64,000 nucleotides of DNA, taken from the NCBI GenBank assembly GCA_030618105.1, contig JAUXED010000001.1:16120-80119 (forward strand), in the 5' to 3' direction. The notes below the pieces were generated by a model, which had not been told where the DNA came from, ran no database searches, and saw only the letters and a list, made by a program, of their open reading frames with translations. The stretch comes from Bacteroidota bacterium. Its GTDB lineage: Bacteria; Bacteroidota; Bacteroidia; Bacteroidales; VadinHA17. Shown piece by piece: positions 46,592 through 53,998 of this stretch (positions are counted from its first letter, which is position 1; each line of letters starts with the position of its first letter). Made by a program: the position numbers and the translations under genes.

Positions 46592-46927
46592 TTATACTTG
46601 TATTGAAATATTCACTTTCCCACCTAATCCCTTCTCAACAATGTCAAAGAGAGTTTTTAGTGTAATGTTGCTTCCATCATTTTCTACACGTGATATATAA
46701 CTTCTCTTTTTTGAAATGATTTCAGCAAGATCCTCTTGTGTCAGGTTCTTTTTCTGTCGAGCTTTCCGCAACAATATTCCTATTTTAAATGCATCAAATT
46801 CTCTGTCAAGTTCATCTCTAAGAGCAGTCCCTTTCTTCCCGAATTGTTCGTCTTTAATTTGTGACCAGGTTTTAATATTTCCATTTTTCTTTTTCATTGC
46901 TTTTTCTCCTTGTAAATATTCGTTCAT
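46592..46927 (-). CDS. XRE-family HTH antitoxin (HigA-like partner of Gp49/RelE-type toxins)
   Basis: 111 aa. FKIGILLRKARQKKNLTQEDLAEIISKKRSYISRVENDGSNITLKTL is the HTH_3 pattern. Confidence 0.8.
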   Translation of the reverse strand: MNEYLQGEKAMKKKNGNIKTWSQIKDEQFGKKGTALRDELDREFDAFKIGILLRKARQKKNLTQEDLAEIISKKRSYISRVENDGSNITLKTLFDIVEKGLGGKVNISIQV

Positions 46928-47067
46928 TAATTTAACTGCTTTATTAATTTCCTTCTGAGGAGCTTTTGAAGAATTTTATAAATTTTCGCTTTTACTTTGG
47001 CCGGTTGAGCTTTAAGAAAGTTCTCAAAATAATGTTTGTACGCAACAATCTGTCGTATCTTATTCAA
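46927..47067 (-). pseudogene. Truncated RelE/ParE (HigB, Gp49-like) toxin remnant, 46 codons
   Basis: A TTG-started ORF (M)NKIRQIVAYKHYFENFLKAQPAKVKAKIYKILQKLLRRKLIKQLN* matches only the N-terminal ~35 aa of ~105-aa toxins of this family. Its TAA overlaps the antitoxin ATG (TAATG). Confidence 0.55.
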
Positions 47068-47088
47068 TTCAATAAGTTTAATACAAAT

Positions 47089-47104
47089 GTAACTTAAAAG
47101 TTAC
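47089..47104. promoter_or_regulatory. 16-bp palindrome GTAACTTAAAAGTTAC, candidate toxin-antitoxin operator
   Basis: Perfect 7-2-7 inverted repeat 22 bp upstream of the toxin-remnant start. Confidence 0.45.
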
Positions 47105-47355
47105 GATTCAACAAGGATTATTTTAACTTTTTTAATTTCTCAAATTTTCCAAAACCCCGTCAGCGGTTATAAACCCTGACGGTGGTTAGGTATAAAAAAC
47201 ACGGGTTTGATTTAAAATAACAGGAATTATATATTATTTGGGTTTATTGGTAAGTGATTGAAAATAAAATTGAAAATCAAGCCGTATTTCTAATATGTAG
47301 TTTAAATACATTAAAAAATAATATAGAATGTTGTTTTGAAACAACAAAATATTAA

Positions 47356-47363
47356 TATATTTG
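47356..47363 (+). promoter_or_regulatory. Candidate -7 box TATATTTG for the AAA ATPase gene
   Basis: 22 bp upstream of the ATG at 47385. Confidence 0.4.
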
Positions 47364-47384
47364 CATTATGTAAAATGCAATATT

Positions 47385-48578
47385 ATGGAAAAGCTTTTTG
47401 AAAAAGCATTAAAAAAAACAAAATCTGTTTCTCTTAAATTCAAAAGATATCTTTTTGATGAAATAGATTGGAACAGCAGGCTTATAGGAATTAAAGGGGC
47501 TCGTGGCACAGGTAAAACAACTATTTTAATCCAGAAATTAAAGAGTGTTTTTAGTGATAATTATGTTGCTCTTTATATAAGCATGGATGATATTTATTTC
47601 TCAGCGAATAAACTGATTGATTTAACGGACACATTTGTAAAAAATGGTGGAAAGTTCCTGTTTATTGACGAGGTTCATAAATATAAAAACTGGTCACAGG
47701 AATTGAAAAATATATATGATGACCATCCTGAACTTTCAGTTGTTTTTACCAGTTCATCTGCCCTTGAAATTCATAAAGGAGAATATGATTTAAGCAGGCG
47801 TGCAATTATTTATAATTTGCACGAATTATCGCTGAGAGAGTATATAAACTTGAGCCTTGGTATGCAGTTGCCTGTTTTTTCTTTGAATGATATCTTAGAA
47901 AAACATATAGGGTTAAGCGGCGAAATAAATCAGTTGGTAAAACCTATTGTATTATTTAATGAATTTATTCAATATGGAGCGTATCCATTTATTAATGAGG
48001 GGAAAATGAAATATTATGAACGACTTGAAACCATAATTAATCTGATTATTGAGATCGATCTACAATCAATAACAGATATTGAATACCAGACGATCCTTAA
48101 AATTAAAAAACTTTTATTTATAATATCCGGGATTGTTCCATTTAAACCTAATATTGCTGAACTTAGCCGAAAAGTAGGAACTACACGCGATGTATTATTA
48201 AAATACCTGAATTATCTGAATCGTGCTAATTTAATTCTATCATTACATTCCGATACAAAAGGTATAAGTTACATGGCTAAACCTGAAAAGATTTTCTTAA
48301 ACAATACAACACTTATGTATGCATTGAACCAGAATAATATAAATTTAGGAAGCATTAGGGAAACATTTTTTGCAAATCAACTGGTTTGCAAACACACGCT
48401 TACTTATCCTAAAAAAGGAGATTTTATAATTGATGGTAAATATATAGTTGAGATTGGGGGTAAAAACAAGTCAAACGAACAAATTAAAGGAATACCAAAT
48501 TCTTTTATTGCTGCCGATGGGATTGAATATGGATTTAACAATAAAATTCCGCTCTGGTTATTTGGGTTTTTATATTAA
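47385..48578 (+). CDS. AAA-family ATPase with DUF4143-type C-terminal domain
   Basis: Walker A GARGTGKTT and Walker B FLFIDEVH. I prefer the ATG at 47385 because the track TTG (47361) overlaps a TATATTTG -7 box. Confidence 0.8.
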   Translation: MEKLFEKALKKTKSVSLKFKRYLFDEIDWNSRLIGIKGARGTGKTTILIQKLKSVFSDNYVALYISMDDIYFSANKLIDLTDTFVKNGGKFLFIDEVHKYKNWSQELKNIYDDHPELSVVFTSSSALEIHKGEYDLSRRAIIYNLHELSLREYINLSLGMQLPVFSLNDILEKHIGLSGEINQLVKPIVLFNEFIQYGAYPFINEGKMKYYERLETIINLIIEIDLQSITDIEYQTILKIKKLLFIISGIVPFKPNIAELSRKVGTTRDVLLKYLNYLNRANLILSLHSDTKGISYMAKPEKIFLNNTTLMYALNQNNINLGSIRETFFANQLVCKHTLTYPKKGDFIIDGKYIVEIGGKNKSNEQIKGIPNSFIAADGIEYGFNNKIPLWLFGFLY

Positions 48579-48599
48579 ACCCGCATAAGTGAAAACCTA

Positions 48600-48643
48600 C
48601 CCAGCACCCAGCACCCAGTACCCAGTACCCAGTACCCAGTACC
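48600..48643 (-). repeat. (CCAGCAC)x2(CCAGTAC)x4 heptamers between the convergent ATPase and polyprenyl synthase genes
   Basis: Direct reading. Reverse complement of the words at 23431-23465. Confidence 0.9.
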
Positions 48644-48647
48644 TAAA

Positions 48648-49622
48648 TTACTTAACTCTGCAGGTAGTGTACAAGGCAAGTTTTTGCAAAGAAGACCTTG
48701 ACTCGCTTTCAGGAAATTCATTTAAAATATCAAGCGCTTTGTTTTTATATTCATGCATTTTTTCTTTTGAATACTCCATACCTCTATTATCCCTGACGAA
48801 ACGAATTACTTCATTAACCTTGACAGACTTCTTGTTATGATGTCTTACAAGTCTGAGCATCTTTCTCCTTTGGGCCGGATTAGTGTTTTTCAGAGCATGG
48901 ATCAAAGGAAGTGTAAGTTTTTTCTCTTTGATATCATTCCCGGTTGGCTTACCCAAAAGTCCATTTTTCTCATAATCAAACAGATCGTCCCTGATCTGAA
49001 ACGCAATTCCTATATATTCTCCAAATTGCTTCATTTTACTGATGGCTTCAGGATCATCTGTTACCGATTTGGTCCCGGAAGCACAACAGGCAGCAATAAG
49101 AGCAGCAGTTTTTTTACGGATTATTTCAAAATACTCATCTTCGGTAATATTTAACTTTCGGGATTTTTGTATCTGTAATAATTCACCTTCACTCATCTCC
49201 TTTACCGCGAAAGAAACAATCTCAAGAATTTCATAATCCTTGTTTTTTACTGATAAAAGTAATCCTTTTGCTAACAGGTAATCTCCAAGCAAAACAGCTA
49301 CTTTTGATTTCCATAGGGCATTTATTGAAAAAAACCCTCTCCTTTCAAATGATTCATCCACCACATCATCATGCACGAGTGTTGCAGTATGAAGAAGTTC
49401 AATAAGAGCTGCCGCAGTAAAACTGGATTCATTTATATCGCCTGATAATTTAGCTGAAAGAAAAACAAACATTGGTCTCATTTGTTTTCCCTTCCTTCTT
49501 AGGATATAGTTTGTGATAATACTAAGAAGCGGCACCTTGCTTTTCATAATTGTGTTGAAATAACCGGAGAACCGCTTCATTTCTGTTTCTATGGGCGCTC
49601 TTATTTCCTTAACTGCAGACAT
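48648..49622 (-). CDS. Long-chain polyprenyl diphosphate synthase (octaprenyl/IspB-like)
   Basis: FARM LVHDDVVDES and SARM QIRDDLFD motifs, 324 aa. Confidence 0.9.
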   Translation of the reverse strand: MSAVKEIRAPIETEMKRFSGYFNTIMKSKVPLLSIITNYILRRKGKQMRPMFVFLSAKLSGDINESSFTAAALIELLHTATLVHDDVVDESFERRGFFSINALWKSKVAVLLGDYLLAKGLLLSVKNKDYEILEIVSFAVKEMSEGELLQIQKSRKLNITEDEYFEIIRKKTAALIAACCASGTKSVTDDPEAISKMKQFGEYIGIAFQIRDDLFDYEKNGLLGKPTGNDIKEKKLTLPLIHALKNTNPAQRRKMLRLVRHHNKKSVKVNEVIRFVRDNRGMEYSKEKMHEYKNKALDILNEFPESESRSSLQKLALYTTCRVK

Positions 49623-49806
49623 ACAAATGTTTATGATATCATACCTGCCGGCATAAACCTATTTATAGATAAAACAAAAGGCAAAAATAACAGGTGTCAA
49701 AAGGTGAATTAATTTTATTTGCTCAAAGATAGGAAAATATATATTAGTCGGTTTTAGGTCAGTAATTTATTGTAACGGAAGTTTAAAAATGCATAATAAA
49801 TATACT

Positions 49807-49860
49807 GATTTTGCGATCCGCCGGTTAGCGGAGAAGCAATCTTTCATGACTTTTCGTAAA
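49807..49860 (-). mobile_element. Partial (right-arm) copy of the 182-bp element, with variant palindrome TCCGCCGGTTAGCGGA
   Basis: GATTTTGCGATCCGCC..GCGGAGAAGCAATCTTTCATGACTTTTCGTAAA matches 24595-24647. The left flank GCATAATAAATATAC is also shared. Confidence 0.65.
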
Positions 49861-49923
49861 CCAGGGATTCTCCCGGAAACCATAAATATGATAACTCTCG
49901 TTGTTTTAGAATTAACATATGTA

Positions 49924-49931
49924 TATATTTG
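49924..49931 (+). promoter_or_regulatory. Candidate -7 box TATATTTG for the ArsR-family gene, flanked by ACATATGT / CATATG palindromes
   Basis: 32 bp upstream of the ATG at 49963. Palindromes at ~49915-49922 and ~49940-49947. Confidence 0.35.
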
Positions 49932-49962
49932 TTAATCCTGCATATGTAAATATATAGAAAGT

Positions 49963-50259
49963 ATGAAAATAAAAGATTTATCCTCTGAACAGCTTGAAAG
50001 AGCAGCTAATATGTTGAAAGCAATTGCCCATCCGATGAGAATAGCAATTCTAAATTATCTGGATGACGGAAAGAAACTTAATGTTACAGAGATTCATGAA
50101 CTGCTTAATATTGAACAATCTACAACTTCTCATCATCTGGGTATTTTGAAAGATAAAGGAGTTTTATCATCCCGGCGACAAGGCAAATACACCTATTATT
50201 ACCTGAAGTACGATAATATTGCGAATATTATAGAATGCGTAAATAAATGTTCCGGGTGA
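49963..50259 (+). CDS. ArsR/SmtB-family metalloregulatory transcription factor
   Basis: 98 aa. LKAIAHPMRIAILNYL...SHHL winged-helix pattern. Confidence 0.85.
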   Translation: MKIKDLSSEQLERAANMLKAIAHPMRIAILNYLDDGKKLNVTEIHELLNIEQSTTSHHLGILKDKGVLSSRRQGKYTYYYLKYDNIANIIECVNKCSG

Positions 50260-50350
50260 AGAAAAAGTTGAGTAGTTGAGTGGTTGAGTAAGGTGAGTAA
50301 GGAAGAAAGAAAAAGTTGAGTAGTTGAGTGGTTGAGTAAGGAAGAAAGAA
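50259..50350 (+). repeat. 48-bp tandem duplication built from GTTGAGTR octamers, starting at the arsR-family stop codon
   Basis: Unit 1 is 50261-50308. Unit 2 is 50309-50349 and lacks a 9-bp GTGAGTAAG. Confidence 0.9.
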
Positions 50351-50406
50351 TAAAAGAAGTTATATATTGGAAAGAGTAAATATTTCAGGAATATAGGGAA
50401 AAAATT

Positions 50407-50856
50407 ATGGCTATAGTACGTGTTACAAAGGAATTCCGTTTTGAAATGGCTCATGCCTTGTGGAATTATGACGGACCATGCAGAAATATTCACGGGCATT
50501 CATACAAATTGCTGGTAACCGTAAAGGGCGAGCCGTTAAATGACCCTGGTAAACCCAAGCATGGAATGATAATTGACTTTGGTGACCTGAAAAAGATTGT
50601 AAAAAGCATAATTATAAACAGGTTTGATCATACAGTTGTTGTTAATAAACAAGCACCATATGAAATGTTACAGAAAATGGGGCAAATGTTTGAAAAATAT
50701 GAGGTAATGGATTTCCAGCCAACCTGTGAGAAACTTGTTATATATTTTGCTGATAAAATTAAAGAGAAATTACCTGAAAGCGCACAACTTCAGCGACTTA
50801 GATTGTATGAAACGACAACATCATTTGCAGAATGGTACGAGGAGGATAATAAATAA
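50407..50856 (+). CDS. queD: 6-carboxy-5,6,7,8-tetrahydropterin synthase
   Basis: 149 aa. F.F.MAH, NIHGHSY, DH..VV motifs of the PTPS/QueD family. Confidence 0.9.
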   Translation: MAIVRVTKEFRFEMAHALWNYDGPCRNIHGHSYKLLVTVKGEPLNDPGKPKHGMIIDFGDLKKIVKSIIINRFDHTVVVNKQAPYEMLQKMGQMFEKYEVMDFQPTCEKLVIYFADKIKEKLPESAQLQRLRLYETTTSFAEWYEEDNK

Positions 50857-50857
50857 A

Positions 50858-50955
50858 GGCAGAAGGCAGAAGGCAAAAGAGAAGAAAGAAGAAGTAAGAA
50901 GTAGGGAGTAAGGAGACAGCCTCATCACCTCATTTCCCCATTACCTCATCACCTT
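50858..50955 (+). repeat. (GGCAGAA)n + (GTARGRA)n heptamers followed by inverted-orientation TCATCACC words, between queD and polA
   Basis: Direct reading. Confidence 0.85.
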
Positions 50956-50995
50956 ATTACTTCACTGCAACACAATTTATATTAAAACACAAACA

Positions 50996-53776
50996 ATGAC
51001 TGGTAATAAAAAGCTTTTTCTTCTTGATGCTTATGCATTGATATACAGAGCATATTATGCATTTATCCATAATCCTGTAATAACATCAAAAGGATTAAAT
51101 ACTTCTGCAATTTATGGATTTGTTAATACATTAAATGATATAATTAAAAACCAGACACCATCACATATCGCAGTGGTTTTTGATCCTCCTTCTCCTACAT
51201 TCAGACACAAAATGTATAATGAATACAAAGCCAACAGGGAAGCGACTCCTGAAGATATTAAGAAATCGGTTCCGTATATAAAAAAAGTAATTTCAGCTTA
51301 TAATATACCGATTCTGGAAGTGGAAGGATATGAAGCAGATGACACTATCGGAACGATTGCAAAAAAAGCAGAAAGTAAGGGTTTTAAGGTTTATATGATG
51401 ACTCCGGATAAGGATTTTGCACAGCTTGTGTCTGAAAATATTTTTATTTATAAACCTGGAAGAGGCGGAGATAAAGCTGTTATTTGGGATAAGGAAAAAG
51501 TCAGAGAGAAATTTATGGTAGAGAGCCCGGAACAGGTAATTGAAGTGCTTGCTCTTTGGGGTGATGCTTCAGATAATATACCCGGAGCCCCGGGGATAGG
51601 AGAAAAAACGTCAAAAAAGCTTATATCAAAATATGGCTCAATAGATGAGATATTCAAAAATATTGAACACTTTAAAGGAAAGCAAAAAGAGAACCTGATT
51701 GAATACAGGGAACAGATTGAATTATCCAGGAAGTTGGTTGAAATCCCATTGGATGTTCCGGTTGATTTCGATGAGGAAGCAATGAAATCCAAAGATCCGG
51801 ACAAGGAAAAACTCCAGGAAATATTTCAGGAACTGGAATTCAAAAGTTTCCTTTTCCGGTTGAATAATGGGATTGAAATACCGGCAAAAAAAGAAGAAAT
51901 AGCAGCACAGGGATCATTGTTTTCCGGACCTGATACAGGAATAGAGAAAACAGGTAATCTCAGGAAAAACATTAAGTCAACCCCGCATAATTATATTTTG
52001 GTTGATACATCCGAAAAACAAGATGCGCTTATAAGCAAACTAAATAAACAAAACCGGTTTTGTTTTGATACTGAAACAACAGGATTGGATACTGTTAAAG
52101 ATGAACTGGTTGGTATTTCTTTTTGTTGTGAAAGTCATGAAGCATATTGGCTCCCTGTGGAAAGCGATAAAAAGATATCTGAAAAAGTACTTGAGAAATT
52201 CAAACCGGTATTTGAAAACGAAAAGATTGAAAAAATAGGTCAGAACCTGAAATTTGATATAAAGGTTTTACGGAAAAGGGGAATTGTTGTGAAGGGTGTT
52301 TTATTTGATACAATGATTGCACATTATCTTATTAAACCCGAAGGAAGACACGGACTGAACGATCTGGCAGAGGACTATCTGAATTATACTCCTGTTAAAA
52401 TTGAAGAATTGATAGGGGTAAAAGGGAAAAATCAGGCGAATATGCGATTAGTACCACAGGAAAAAATTAAGGAATATGCAGCGGAAGATGCAGATCTGAC
52501 ATGGCAGATAAAAGAAATTCTTGAAAAGGAACTTAAAGAAAAAAACCTTGAAACACTTGCCGGAAAAATTGAAATGCCACTGATATATGTATTATGTGAC
52601 ATGGAAATGGAAGGATTTAAAGTAAATGTTGATGTGTTGAAAAAATACTCAGTAATATTAAAAACTGAATTGCTGGATATTCAGACCAGGATCTATAAAC
52701 TTGCTGATACGGAATTCAATATTTCCTCTCCGAAACAACTGGGCGAAATATTGTTTAATAAAATGAAAATTGATTCCAAAGCAAAAAGAACAAAAACAGG
52801 ACAATATTCTACAAGCGAGGATGTACTTCAAAGACTAACCGATAAACATGAAATAGTTTCCAAAGTATTAGAATTCAGGTCAGTTAGCAAATTGCTTTCC
52901 ACTTATGTTGAAAAACTTCCGGAGTTAAAAAATAGTGAAACCGGGAAAATTCATTCTTCTTTCAACCAAACAATTACAGCTACGGGACGCTTGAGTTCCA
53001 ATAACCCGAATTTACAGAATATCCCGATAAGGGAAGACAGAGGCAGGGAGATAAGGAAAGCATTTATCCCCTCGGATGTACAACATATTCTGATCTCGGC
53101 TGATTATTCACAGATAGAGTTAAGATTAATGGCACATATGAGTGGCGATAAAAATATGATTGAGGCTTTTAATGCAGGTGAAGATATTCATGTCTCTACA
53201 GCAGCAAAAATATATAGAATTTCACAAGGGGATGTTACAAAAGAAATACGCGGAAGAGCAAAAACCGCTAATTTTGGTATCATATATGGAATTTCTGCTT
53301 TTGGACTAAGCCGGAGGATGAATTTGTCTCTGTCTGATGCTAAGGAATTTATAGAGGAGTATTTTAAAACTTATCCGGGGGTTAAAAAATATATGGACGA
53401 GAGCATAAAAGGAGCAAGGGAAAAGGGATATGTGCAAACCATTATGGGCAGAAAAAGATATCTTCCTGATATACTATCACGTAATTCTGTTGTAAGGGGA
53501 TTTGCAGAGAGAAATGCAATAAATGCACCTATTCAGGGATCTGCAGCTGATATTATCAAAATAGCAATGATCAATATTCACAACAGGATAGAGGAAAAAC
53601 AATTGAAATCCGGAATGATATTACAGGTTCATGACGAACTGGTTTTTGATGTCCCGGAAAAAGAAATTGATGTACTTAGTGATATTGTGGTTAATGAAAT
53701 GCAGAATGCTGTAAAGCTGGATGTGCCTCTTACAGTTGAATGGGGTACAGGAAGAAACTGGCTTGAAGCACACTGA
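50996..53776 (+). CDS. polA: DNA polymerase I
   Basis: 926 aa: 5'-nuclease, 3'-5' exo-like and family A polymerase domains (DYSQIELR, RRxAKxxNFGxxYG, QVHDELVF). Confidence 0.95.
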   Translation: MTGNKKLFLLDAYALIYRAYYAFIHNPVITSKGLNTSAIYGFVNTLNDIIKNQTPSHIAVVFDPPSPTFRHKMYNEYKANREATPEDIKKSVPYIKKVISAYNIPILEVEGYEADDTIGTIAKKAESKGFKVYMMTPDKDFAQLVSENIFIYKPGRGGDKAVIWDKEKVREKFMVESPEQVIEVLALWGDASDNIPGAPGIGEKTSKKLISKYGSIDEIFKNIEHFKGKQKENLIEYREQIELSRKLVEIPLDVPVDFDEEAMKSKDPDKEKLQEIFQELEFKSFLFRLNNGIEIPAKKEEIAAQGSLFSGPDTGIEKTGNLRKNIKSTPHNYILVDTSEKQDALISKLNKQNRFCFDTETTGLDTVKDELVGISFCCESHEAYWLPVESDKKISEKVLEKFKPVFENEKIEKIGQNLKFDIKVLRKRGIVVKGVLFDTMIAHYLIKPEGRHGLNDLAEDYLNYTPVKIEELIGVKGKNQANMRLVPQEKIKEYAAEDADLTWQIKEILEKELKEKNLETLAGKIEMPLIYVLCDMEMEGFKVNVDVLKKYSVILKTELLDIQTRIYKLADTEFNISSPKQLGEILFNKMKIDSKAKRTKTGQYSTSEDVLQRLTDKHEIVSKVLEFRSVSKLLSTYVEKLPELKNSETGKIHSSFNQTITATGRLSSNNPNLQNIPIREDRGREIRKAFIPSDVQHILISADYSQIELRLMAHMSGDKNMIEAFNAGEDIHVSTAAKIYRISQGDVTKEIRGRAKTANFGIIYGISAFGLSRRMNLSLSDAKEFIEEYFKTYPGVKKYMDESIKGAREKGYVQTIMGRKRYLPDILSRNSVVRGFAERNAINAPIQGSAADIIKIAMINIHNRIEEKQLKSGMILQVHDELVFDVPEKEIDVLSDIVVNEMQNAVKLDVPLTVEWGTGRNWLEAH

Positions 53777-53900
53777 TGAAGAAGTAGGAAGTAAGAAGTA
53801 AGTAGTAAATAGGAAGAAAGAGGTGATGAGGTGATGAAGAGAAGAGGTGATGAGGTGATGAAGAGAAGAGGTGATGAGGTGATGAGGTGATGTGGTGTGA
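53774..53900 (+). repeat. (GTARRNA)n heptamers + (GGTGATGA)n/AAGAGAAGA 24-bp superrepeat starting at the polA stop
   Basis: Direct reading. Confidence 0.9.
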
Positions 53901-53954
53901 AGATCAAAATAACTAAAATTTTAGGCCAATCTCATTATACTTTGCATTTTTGAT

Positions 53955-53993
53955 GACTGTCGACTGCCGACTGTGGACTGCCGATTGCCGACT
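53955..53993 (-). repeat. (GACTGYC)x5 heptamers; reads AGTCGGC on the sense strand of the S41 peptidase gene, which ends at 53999
   Basis: Direct reading. Confidence 0.9.
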
Positions 53994-53998
53994 TATTT

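Noticed and set aside
47361-47384. TTG start extending the AAA ATPase by 8 codons (MHYVKCNI)
   Set aside because: The extension overlaps the TATATTTG -7 box and a TTGCATT/AATGCAA inverted repeat. The in-frame ATG at 47385 is the more plausible start.
53629-53907. 92-aa minus-strand ORF (…ITSSPLLFITSSPLLF…) downstream of polA
   Set aside because: This is the antisense reading of the GGTGATGA/GTAAGAA arrays, and it overlaps the polA 3' end. The track ORFs 50167-50499, 48589-48840, 44079-44312, 36852-37109, 18931-19371, 5267-5572 and 1089-1376 are the same kind of artefact.
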